A stretch of 64,000 nt of DNA from an uncultured delta proteobacterium. GTDB lineage: Bacteria > Desulfobacterota > RBG-13-43-22. This document shows positions 28,849 to 37,800 of the stretch, in pieces. The notes under the pieces are model-generated. The model saw only the letters and a list, made by a program, of their open reading frames with translations, made no database searches and was not told the origin of the DNA. Position numbers and translations under genes: made by a program. How positions within the stretch are numbered: position 1 is the first letter of the stretch; the number at the start of each line of letters is the position of its first letter. Location of the stretch: positions 416,001 through 480,000 of the forward strand of contig CAVUPH010000014.1 in assembly GCA_963743305.1 (NCBI GenBank), written 5' to 3'.

Positions 28849-30583
28849 ATGAAGTAGAAAACCATTTTATTGCCGCATTCTCGGTGGCTCTGGTAATCGG
28901 GGCTCTCTGGTTTACCAACCGGGCCGTAACTCCAACGGCGGCTACCTGGGAAGATGTTCTCCAGGAAGCCCAGCGCGGCGGCTATCGGATCATCAAGACG
29001 GATGAGATCTGGGAACGGTATCAAAGAAATCCGCAGGACCTGATGCTGGTGGATACCCGTCAGGAATGGGAATATCGAACCGGACACCTCAAAGGAGCGG
29101 TTAATTTTCCCATGGAACCCACGGCCTGGTCCCGCTGGCGGAAACAGAAGGAGATGGCGACCTTTTTGGGACCCGATAAAAACCGCTTCCTCGTCTTTTA
29201 CTGAGCGGGCTTGACCTGAGTCCGCAGCGACTCCGCAGCCCGGGTGGCTGTCAAACTTGGCTACAAAAATGTATATCGCGATCCCTACGGATTTCCGGAA
29301 TGGCAGGCCAAAGGTTATCCCATCAGCAGCGCTCCGGCCGGCCTGTCCGGGGAAGCGGCCCCTCCCCAGACCCCCGGCCCCTTGTACGGCTGGGCCATGG
29401 TCTGGACCCTGCTGGGCATTTTTGCCGGAGGGATTGCCTTGAACCTGACACCATGTGTCTATCCCATGATCCCTATTACCGTTTCCTATTTTGGAGGGCG
29501 GAGCGGAGAGGGAAAGGGAAAACTATTGACCCATGGCCTGTTATACCTGGGGGGCCTATCGGCCACCAACTCCATTTTGGGGGTTGTCGCGGCCTTGACC
29601 GGTGGTCTTATGGGGGCCATGCTTCAAAACCCGATGGTCCTACTGGTCGTGGCCGCTATTCTGGTTTTTTTCGCCTCCAGCCTCTTCGGGTTTTGGGAAC
29701 TTCGTCTTCCCGGCGGCCTGACCCAGCATGGCTTCCAAATCTTATGCCGGATATTTCGGTTCCCTGTTTATGGGCTTGACGCTGGGCGTGGTGGCCGCAC
29801 CCTGCATCGGTCCTTTCGTTCTCGGACTCTTAACCTGGGTGGCCAGTATGGGGTCCCCATGGCTGGGGTTTATTGTCTTTTTTACCTTGAGCCTGGGCCT
29901 GGGGCTGCCTTTATTTTTTCTGGCCATGTTTTCCGGCAAGATCGAAAAACTACCCCGATCCGGAGAGTGGATGATCTGGGTTCGAAAACTGATGGGCTGG
30001 ATCCTGGTGGGCATGGCAGCCTATTTCATTCGGCCCCTCCTACCTGAAACCGTAGCGGTATTCCTTTTCGTTCTGGTAGCCTTGGGCGCCGGACTGCACC
30101 TCGGCTGGCTGGACAAGTCCCAGGCCGGCTTTCGGGCCTTCGCCTGGATGAAGGGTGGGGCCGGGATCGCCGGTCTGGTGATAGCCACTTTTATCCTGGG
30201 TTCCTGGATGATCCGCGGGCCGGGGGTGGCCTGGAATGCTTATTCGGACAAGCTTCTGGCGGAAGCGGCCCAAAACCGGAAACCGGTCATCATCGATTTC
30301 TATGCCACTTGGTGTACCCCCTGCCGGGAACTGGAGGAAATCACCTTTCACCAGCCTGAGGTGGTCACAAAGGGGAACCGGGATTATATTATGATAAAAG
30401 TGGACGTGACCCAAGCCGGGAACCCACTGAATGAACGGCTTCTCAGTCAGTATGGAATTAAAGGGGTCCCGACTGTGGTTTTTATAGATTCGAGCGGGAA
30501 AGAGCATCTGGAACTTAAGGCTGGTCGATTATCTTCCGCCGGACCAGTTCCTGAAGAAAATGGAAACAATAAATCAAAAATAA
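28849..30583 (+). CDS. tsoB: predicted double-selenocysteine rhodanese / DsbD transmembrane / thioredoxin fusion
   Basis: VFY-TGA-AGLT-TGA-VRSDSAA read through (29202, 29217); LTPC and AAPC DsbD-beta Cys; WCTPC Trx domain; apparent +1 frameshifts at about 29727 and 30517; start region 28849-28884 uncertain; symbol recalled, not verified. Confidence 0.8.
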
Positions 30584-30599
30584 GAACACGGGAGGTTTG

Positions 30600-31109
30600 A
30601 TGGCGTATATAGAAAAATTTTTGGGAAGACGGGTCGAGGTCCCGGAGGATCGACGTTATGTCGTCAAACCGGGACTTTGGGCCAAGGCCGAAGGGGCGGA
30701 GGTGCGATTTGGGTTAACCGAACCGGAGTTGGTATTAGCCGGCGGTGTCAATGACCTGGAATGGCTGGTCTGGGATGGAGAAGAGGTGGAACAGGGACAA
30801 TCCATTGCCATCGCCATCACCGGAAAAATTAAATATATTGACGCTCCCGTAGCCGGGGTCCTGCGGCTGAATCCCGGGATAAAGGAAGCCACGGCCCTCA
30901 TTGCCCGGGACTCCTATGGAGAGGGATGGTTGTTTCAAATCAAAACCAGGTCCGAAGCGAATTTCGCCCTGGAGGAACTGTCTTCGGCTGAAGCCTATGT
31001 AGAGAGCCTCCAAAATTCAGAAGGATGCAAGAATCCGGAAGGACTAAAGGGCGGGGTTTCCGGGATCTGCAAGGCGGTTTATACCGGGATCAAAGAACAA
31101 AAATTTTAG
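30600..31109 (+). CDS. GcvH-like (glycine cleavage H / lipoyl carrier fold) protein with 2-Cys C-terminal extension
   Basis: RRY...LWAK...FGLT...APVAG...DSYGEGWLF. Confidence 0.75.
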   Translation: MAYIEKFLGRRVEVPEDRRYVVKPGLWAKAEGAEVRFGLTEPELVLAGGVNDLEWLVWDGEEVEQGQSIAIAITGKIKYIDAPVAGVLRLNPGIKEATALIARDSYGEGWLFQIKTRSEANFALEELSSAEAYVESLQNSEGCKNPEGLKGGVSGICKAVYTGIKEQKF

Positions 31110-31130
31110 AAAAAAGAAAGGAGAACCCCA

Positions 31131-31448
31131 ATGGTCAAAGTTCGCTGTTTTTATAATGAACCCAATGGAAAGCCTTGAAAGCATTTTCAGGAAATGATGC
31201 CCAGGTTGGGCCAAAAGTACGAAATTGAGGTTGAAATACTATCCAAACCTATAGCTGAATACAATACGGATGAATATTTTGAGTTGGAATTGCCGGTGGC
31301 TCCAGCCATCATGGTGGATGACCAGATCCTGGTGGAAGGCTCCGATGTTTCTGAAGAAAAATTGGAGAACGCCATCCGCGCCAAACTGGGCCTGGAGGCT
31401 ATAGTGATAGAAAAAAAAGGGGTTCTGGGGCGGCTTTTCGGTCGGTAA
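31131..31448 (+). CDS. tsoC: predicted thioredoxin-fold selenoprotein with NEPNGKPU motif
   Basis: RBS AAGGAG and MVKVRCFYNEPNGKP-TGA(31176)-KHFQEMMPRL are in frame with ORF 31194-31448; PVAPAIMV cis-Pro-like loop; SECIS-like hairpin 31199-31211; symbol recalled, not verified. Confidence 0.8.
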
Positions 31449-31472
31449 AGGCCGTCCGACGGGTAGATCTTC

Positions 31473-31638
31473 ATGCCTGGAGCAGAGGTTTTCGACCGGC
31501 AGGCGGAACGGTACGACGCCTGGTTTGAACGGCATCCGCCAGACAATCTTTCATCCGACAAAAGGAACGGAACAGGCGATACCGGTTGAAGAGGGATATG
31601 GCGGGGGGCTCTTTATAGTAATTAAAGCGAATAAATAA
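31473..31638 (+). pseudogene. class I SAM methyltransferase remnant (N- and C-termini only)
   Basis: MPGAEVFDRQAERYDAWFERHP followed in another frame by PVEEGYGGGLFIVIKANK*; core missing. Confidence 0.5.
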
Positions 31639-31653
31639 TAGGGGACAAAATAA

Positions 31654-32355
31654 GTGAAAGGGAAAACCGGTCCAGGAAAAGGGGCTATGGTAAAAGCCTT
31701 GGTATTGGTTGCATTTATTGCCGCTGCGGTATATGTTATTCGCTTTAGCCCGGTTAAAGATTTTTTGACTGTCGAGGCGATGAGACGATTCCTGGACATC
31801 TCCGGGTTTTGGGCGCCGGTGATCTTTATATTGATTTATACGGCTGGGATCTGTCTGTTGGTGCCCGGTTCGCTCCTGACCACCCTCGGGGCGGCGATCT
31901 TCGGGGCCTATTGGGGATTTCTCTACGTCCTGATCGGGGCTGTGCTGGGGGCCACCGCCGCCTTTTTTATCGGCCGGTATCTGGGCCGGGACTTTGCCGC
32001 CTCGATTGTCGGAGACCGGTTGAAGCGTTATGACGAGGCCGTGGAACGCAACGGCTTCGCCACGGTGCTGTATTTGCGACTGATCTATTTCCCTTTCACC
32101 CCGATGAACTTCGGCATGGGCTTGACCCGGGTCCGTTTCCGGGACTACTTCTGGGGCACGGTCCTGGGCATCATTGCCGGGACCTTCATCATTACGTTTT
32201 TTGTGGGAACCATCAAAGAGGTTTGGGCCACCGGAGATTGGTCGCAGCTCCTGTCCTTAAAGCTCGCATTTTCCGTAGCCTTGTTTGCTTTTTCCCTATT
32301 CATACCCAAAATTGTGAAAAAATTTAAAAAGGAGGAGACCCATGCCGACCTGTGA
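31654..32355 (+). CDS. TVP38/TMEM64 (DedA/VTT superfamily) membrane protein
   Basis: VPGS...GAAIFG...G...AFFIGRYLGRD...LRLIYFPF. Confidence 0.88.
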   Translation: MKGKTGPGKGAMVKALVLVAFIAAAVYVIRFSPVKDFLTVEAMRRFLDISGFWAPVIFILIYTAGICLLVPGSLLTTLGAAIFGAYWGFLYVLIGAVLGATAAFFIGRYLGRDFAASIVGDRLKRYDEAVERNGFATVLYLRLIYFPFTPMNFGMGLTRVRFRDYFWGTVLGIIAGTFIITFFVGTIKEVWATGDWSQLLSLKLAFSVALFAFSLFIPKIVKKFKKEETHADL

Positions 32356-32671
32356 GTATGAAGGATTGAAAATCGAGGTGGATGAAGAGGGGTATTTGCT
32401 TAACTTTGATGCTTGGAATGAAAAAGTGGCCTGTGCCCTGGCGGAGAGGGAAGGGATAACCCAGGACTGTCCCCTGAAACCCGAACAAATGGAAATTCTT
32501 AAATTCATCCGGGAATATTATAAGAAATTTGAATCCGTGCCTGTGGTCCGGGCGGTCTGCACCAATGTCCATCAACCTAAAAGTTGCGAGTACCTGCAGT
32601 TTCCCGATCCGCTGATCACCTGTAAAATCGCCGGGATTCCGAAACTGGAGACCGGTTACACCTTGATGTGA
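32342..32671 (+). CDS. TusE/DsrC family sulfur relay protein lacking the terminal Cys
   Basis: VDEEGYL...WNEKVA...FIREYY...FP...CKIAGIPK. Confidence 0.85.
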   Translation: MPTCEYEGLKIEVDEEGYLLNFDAWNEKVACALAEREGITQDCPLKPEQMEILKFIREYYKKFESVPVVRAVCTNVHQPKSCEYLQFPDPLITCKIAGIPKLETGYTLM

Positions 32672-32886
32672 TGACGGCTGACCATTTGAGAGTGGTCGGC
32701 TGTACCGAGCCAACTGCCACTGACTTTGTCTGTGGCAGTTGGCTTACTATCCCTGGGAAGTCAATCAGGGGTAAAGGAGGCCGTAAAAAGCAGGGCTACG
32801 GCCTGTTCATCATTGGCCTGTTCCAGGGTTTGGTCACCCACGTTGGCGACCATCAGGGTGGCTGCCTTCAAATTGAGCCTAATCTC

Positions 32887-33858
32887 TTAGCCGAGTACTC
32901 CAGGGAATTTAATCGCCTGTTTCATCTCAACGTAGTGAGCCGTGGCCAGAGCGGCCGTACAGCCATCGGCAGCGGCGATCACAATCTGATTGGCATACTT
33001 TTGCCTTAGGTCGCCGATGGCGAAGATCCCCGGGATACTGGTCTCGCATTTTTCATCCGTTATGACGTAGCCGCTCTGATTGACTTTAACGCCTGCAGGA
33101 ACGAGCTGGTTATTGGGAGAAAAACCAGCAAAAATGAATACGCCGTCCGTTGAAAGTTCCCTTTTTTCAGCGGTCTCTACATCTTGAAGGGAAACCGCGC
33201 AGACCCCGGATTCATTGGATATAATTTCAGTGACAACTTTCTTAAGAAGAATTTCTATTTTGGGCTCGGCCTGAACGCGCTGCTGGAGGATTCGGCTTCC
33301 CCGGAAAGCATCCCGTCGATGGACCAGGTAGACCCGCTGCGTTATTTTTGAAAGGTAAAGGGCATCCTCAAGGGCCGTATCGCCGCCCCCTACGACTAGT
33401 ACGGTTTTATCCCTGAAAAAGAACCCATCGCAGGTGGCACAGTAAGAGACGCCTTTGCCGAAGTTATCGATTTCCCCGGGAACATCGAGTTTTCGAGCGC
33501 TGCCGCCTGCAGCCAAAATCAAAGCGTGGGCCTGCAGAAGAGCGCCATTAGCCAGACGGACTGAGTGGTATTCAATTCCCGGCTCAATAGACACCACTTC
33601 GTCCTGGATCATTTCCAGGCCATACCCGCGAGCGTGGTTTAAAAATTTATCGCAAAGCTCGAACCCACTTATTTCAATGAATCCAGGATAATTTTCCACC
33701 CCTTTGGTTAAAGCCACCTGGCCGCCAGGCATTCCCTTTTCGATAAGAACCGTTTTTAGGGCCGCCCTCATGGCATAGATGCCTGCGGTAAGACCGGCCG
33801 GACCACCCCCAATAATTATAGAATCATAAAATTTGCTATTCGCAATTAAATTGCTCAT
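32887..33858 (-). CDS. trxB: thioredoxin-disulfide reductase
   Basis: IIGGGPAGLTA, GVSYCATCDG, VGGGDTA, HRRD, GIFAIGD. Confidence 0.95.
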   Translation of the reverse strand: MSNLIANSKFYDSIIIGGGPAGLTAGIYAMRAALKTVLIEKGMPGGQVALTKGVENYPGFIEISGFELCDKFLNHARGYGLEMIQDEVVSIEPGIEYHSVRLANGALLQAHALILAAGGSARKLDVPGEIDNFGKGVSYCATCDGFFFRDKTVLVVGGGDTALEDALYLSKITQRVYLVHRRDAFRGSRILQQRVQAEPKIEILLKKVVTEIISNESGVCAVSLQDVETAEKRELSTDGVFIFAGFSPNNQLVPAGVKVNQSGYVITDEKCETSIPGIFAIGDLRQKYANQIVIAAADGCTAALATAHYVEMKQAIKFPGVLG

Positions 33859-33909
33859 TTTCCCTCCAGCCTGGCCTTGAATTTATCCGGGCAATAAAAA
33901 AACATTTAA

Positions 33910-33929
33910 ATATAAATAGATATTTATAT
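33910..33929. promoter_or_regulatory. putative ArsR operator upstream of trxB
   Basis: ATATAAAT-AGAT-ATTTATAT; arms identical to 27900-27919. Confidence 0.65.
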
Positions 33930-34013
33930 ATGATTGAGTCAAGAAGAAATTTCCATATCCTCATCCTCTCGGATTCTGATGGTCTTCAGGTAAAGTGGAA
34001 AAATTGGGACAGA

Positions 34014-35003
34014 TTACTCAAATATTAGTAAAAAATACTGGAAGATATAGCGGACAGCCAGGTAAGTGATGATTACGCCCAAAATTCCTTTGATCCATTT
34101 TTGGGAAACATATTTTTGCGCTCTCGCACCCAGATAAATTCCTATAAATCCACCAGCCCCGAAGAGGAACCCCAGGAACCAATCCGGGGCGGTGGACAAA
34201 CCTGCGGGATGGGGGCTGAAACTGTAAAAGATAACCCCCAAAATGGAAGTAATAAATGTCCCCAGTAGCGCTGCTCCCGCCACGGTGTAAACCGGCAAAT
34301 GAAAAACGGCCACACAAAAAGGGGCGATGATGGCCCCGCCTCCGATTCCGTAAGTCCCGCCTATAATGCCTACGAGTAAGGCCAAAAGAAACATGGCCGG
34401 CGTGCTGAAGGAAAAACGCTCTCCCCAAAATTCGTATTCGACCCGGCGCAGGGAAAAATAAACGGTTTTGACAATCGCTTCAGGCGGAAGGCCGGCGCTT
34501 AAGCGGGCATTTTGGCCAGCCTTCATTTTTATTACTCTTCGATTGAATTTATCCTCGAGGGCCTTCATGGTTTTTTTGCCTTTTTGGGATCGGGGCGTCA
34601 TTTCATAAAGCATGCGAAGGCCGAGGTACAGGAGAACGCAACCGACAAAGAATTTGAAGGCCCGAGGGTCCGGAAGGTAGAGGACCCGAATATAGTAGCC
34701 GAAAAAAACCCCCGGCAGGGTTCCGGTAATGACGATCCAGGTCAGGGGCCAGGCCATGCGCCCCTCTTTAAGGTACCGGTAAACCCCGCTCGGAATGGCT
34801 ACAATGTTATAGACGAAGTTAGTCCCACTGACCGAAGGGGTACTATAATGCAGGTAGCTCACCTGAAAAGGCAGCAGTAAAAAGGCCCCGGAAACCCCGC
34901 CCATGGAGGTGAAGAAGGAAACCACCAGGGCCACTAAGGGAGGGAGGAAGAGATAGGTCTCAACTCCGGAAACCGAGAACGTCCAATAAAGGCTGTCCAT
35001 CAT
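34014..35003 (-). CDS. sulfite exporter TauE/SafE family protein
   Basis: SMGGVSGAFLLLP and GTYGIGGGAIIAP repeats; multi-TM. Confidence 0.88.
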   Translation of the reverse strand: MMDSLYWTFSVSGVETYLFLPPLVALVVSFFTSMGGVSGAFLLLPFQVSYLHYSTPSVSGTNFVYNIVAIPSGVYRYLKEGRMAWPLTWIVITGTLPGVFFGYYIRVLYLPDPRAFKFFVGCVLLYLGLRMLYEMTPRSQKGKKTMKALEDKFNRRVIKMKAGQNARLSAGLPPEAIVKTVYFSLRRVEYEFWGERFSFSTPAMFLLALLVGIIGGTYGIGGGAIIAPFCVAVFHLPVYTVAGAALLGTFITSILGVIFYSFSPHPAGLSTAPDWFLGFLFGAGGFIGIYLGARAQKYVSQKWIKGILGVIITYLAVRYIFQYFLLIFE

Positions 35004-35227
35004 GGGAACTCCTTTTTTATGGTTTAAAATATTAGCGAATATGCATCAAAAAATATGCCATTAAGAACAAGGCTTCGATCATCATTTGACTTTTTACCCC
35101 ATTCTGGTCTATTTTATAAGCTAAATGTAGAAGAGAAGTTTTGATCTTAATTTCAAAGGGTTTCGCAGTATTCCGGGCGGGCGGGAACCTTTTACCAGAC
35201 GTCCCGAGCCCCAAAGGAGAAGTTCAA

Positions 35228-36457
35228 ATGCCAGGTCATCATAAAAAGGTTCAGGGATTCTTCCTGAGGTGTATCTTTTTCAGTCTTATCTGTCTCCTGC
35301 CCGGTCCATCCTGGGGAGAGAAAAAGACTGTGAAGCTCGGTTTCGTAGCGGATGTTACCGGGCCTGGGTTTCTGATTGCCCTTTCGCAGAAAAACGCCCT
35401 GGAACTGGGACTGGAAGAGATCAATTCCTCCGGGGGTCTGCTGGGGCGCCGGGTGGAGCTGATTATCCGTGATTCCCAAATGAAACCGGACCTGGGCGCC
35501 AGGCTGACCAAGGAACTGATACTGCGGGATAAGGCGGATTTTCTCTTCGGGCCGACCAGTCCTTCGGTAGCGCTGGCGGTGTCCCAGGTCTGCAAGGAAC
35601 AAAAGAAGCTGCTCTGTTTACATAGCGCCAATATCGAGCGACTGATTAATGAACTGGGCCATCGTTATGTCTTTTCGGTAATCCCCAATACCTATATGGA
35701 AGGCCAGGCCCTGGCGGCTTTTTTGGCCAAAAGGGGATATAAAAAGATTTTGATTATCGGACCGGACCTGGAATACGGCCGCAGCCAGGCCGAGGCCTTT
35801 AAAAAGAAAATCACTGAACTTAATCCGGCTACGACCGTAATCAAAGAACTCTGGCCCCGGATTGGTGAACAGGATTACACGCCGTACATCGCCACCATTT
35901 TGTCGGCCAAACCGGATATGGTCTGCTCCCTTCTCTGGGGCGGCGATTTGGCCAGTTTCATGCGCCAGGCCAGTCCCCATCAATTTTTTCAAAAGATCCC
36001 CTTTATCGGCTTATTCGATTACGACCTTTTGAAGGGGTTAGGCAATGAGATGGTTCCGGGATTATACGGTTTTGACCGGGCACCCTTTTACGCCCTGAAT
36101 AATCCCCAGGCCAAGTCCTTTATTGAACGGTACAAGACCCGGACCGGGGAATACCCCTCCGCCTGGTCCATCCTGGCCTACGATGGGTTAATGGCCCTGA
36201 GGAAGGCGGTCGACAAGGCCAGGAGCCTGGAAACGGAAAAAGTGATCGGGGCCCTGGAGGGCCTGAATTGGGACTCTTTGAGAGGACCTCTCCAAATTCG
36301 CCCCCAAGATCATCTGGCCAGCGGCGGTCTGTTTTTCGGGATCACCTATAAAGATCCCAAATATTCTTTTTTTATTATGCGAGAGATGGTTTACCTTCCC
36401 GGAAATGATCTTTGGCATTCTTTGGAGGAGATTAAATCCTTGAGAAAATCGCCTTAG
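35228..36457 (+). CDS. ABC branched-chain amino acid-type substrate-binding protein (stand-alone)
   Basis: Signal peptide; EEINSSGGLLGRRVELIIRDS; periplasmic binding protein type 1 pattern. Confidence 0.85.
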   Translation: MPGHHKKVQGFFLRCIFFSLICLLPGPSWGEKKTVKLGFVADVTGPGFLIALSQKNALELGLEEINSSGGLLGRRVELIIRDSQMKPDLGARLTKELILRDKADFLFGPTSPSVALAVSQVCKEQKKLLCLHSANIERLINELGHRYVFSVIPNTYMEGQALAAFLAKRGYKKILIIGPDLEYGRSQAEAFKKKITELNPATTVIKELWPRIGEQDYTPYIATILSAKPDMVCSLLWGGDLASFMRQASPHQFFQKIPFIGLFDYDLLKGLGNEMVPGLYGFDRAPFYALNNPQAKSFIERYKTRTGEYPSAWSILAYDGLMALRKAVDKARSLETEKVIGALEGLNWDSLRGPLQIRPQDHLASGGLFFGITYKDPKYSFFIMREMVYLPGNDLWHSLEEIKSLRKSP

Positions 36458-36680
36458 TCAATACCCGCCAGGCCATTCGGGTGTTGATTTCCGACCAGGA
36501 GGTAACCGTGGACGCCGACCGGGGTCGGGTTTATCGAGGGCGCTTCAAATTCTCTGAAATGACTCCAGTGTAACCTGGAGGAATCAGTTTCTTCTTCCAT
36601 TTTTTCCCGCCTTAGTGCCATCCATTCCATAACCATTTGAATTTCAATAAGTTGGGCGATTCACCCTTTCAAATTAGGGT

Positions 36681-36695
36681 TGGCATACAAATTGA
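36681..36695 (+). promoter_or_regulatory. possible sigma54 promoter
   Basis: TGGCAT-ACAAA-TTGA (variant -12). Confidence 0.45.
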
Positions 36696-36819
36696 AATCG
36701 ATTTAGTGAAACCAGGGGTTTGTCAAAAACCATTCTTGTGAAATGCACCGTTTGACAAAAATTACTACAATGGCGTGCTACCCTGAAACTTGGTCCTTTT
36801 CAGGCAAGGAGGACGGTAA

Positions 36820-37786
36820 GTGAAATTTACTTTAAAACTGGAGGCGCTTCAAAACCTTTTCTGGCGGATCTATGTGGATATTGCTATCGTGGCACCGATT
36901 GCCTTCCTCCTGGGTTTTTTTAAACCGCTACAAGACGGGTGGTTGTGGTTAATTTTGTTTGGAGGGGGGTATATCTTATTTTGTTTTTTCCTTTTTTTCT
37001 ATCTGCAATCGGTTTTTTCTAAAGAAAATATCAGTAAACTGGCGGAGATCAGTTCGATCGCCGAAGACTTGCAGGCGGAAAAACTGGCCTCCCTGGAAAC
37101 CTTGGTCGCCGGGATCGCCCATGAATTGAACAATCCCATCAGCATAATATTAGGTTTCAGCGGCCTTCTCCTGGAAAAAGCGGATCCGGGTAGCCGGGGG
37201 TATAAAGATCTAAAAGCGATTGAAAGGCAAAGTCTAAATTGCCGGCAAATCGTTGAAAATCTTTTAAGTTTTTCCAGGATCCGAGAGGACGCCCGTGGTT
37301 TGGTGGATATTAACCAGGTGATTGAACGATTGATGCTGGTGGTTGGGCCGGGTCTGAGCGGCCAGGGTATACGCTGGGAGTGTTCTTTAGCCGAAGAACT
37401 CCCTTCCGGCCCGGGCAATCCGCAGAAGTGGCAGCAAATCATCCTCAATCTGGTCAATAATGCCAAAGAGGCCATGCCTTCCGGAGGGCAATTAAAGATT
37501 TGGACCGTCCAGCGAAATCAAGAAAAGCGTATCGAGATAGGATTCCAGGATACCGGGCGAGGGATAGCCGACCCCTATGTAGGCAGGATTTTTGACCCCT
37601 TCTTTACCACCAAAAAAGAAGGACGTGGAATTGGTTTGGGCCTTTCCATTACTTATGGTATAATTTCCAATATGGGTGGGACGATTACCTGCCAAAGTAA
37701 AATCAAAGATAGCTCCGGATCAACCGCAGGGAACGACCTTCCTTATTTCTATTCCGGTCCCTGAAGGTCATCCGCTGATAGCCTAA
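36820..37786 (+). CDS. membrane histidine kinase (+1 frameshift near 37730)
   Basis: [31 protein letters not shown]; tail GTTFLISIP in shifted frame. Confidence 0.88.
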
Positions 37787-37800
37787 ATTCAAATAACCCA

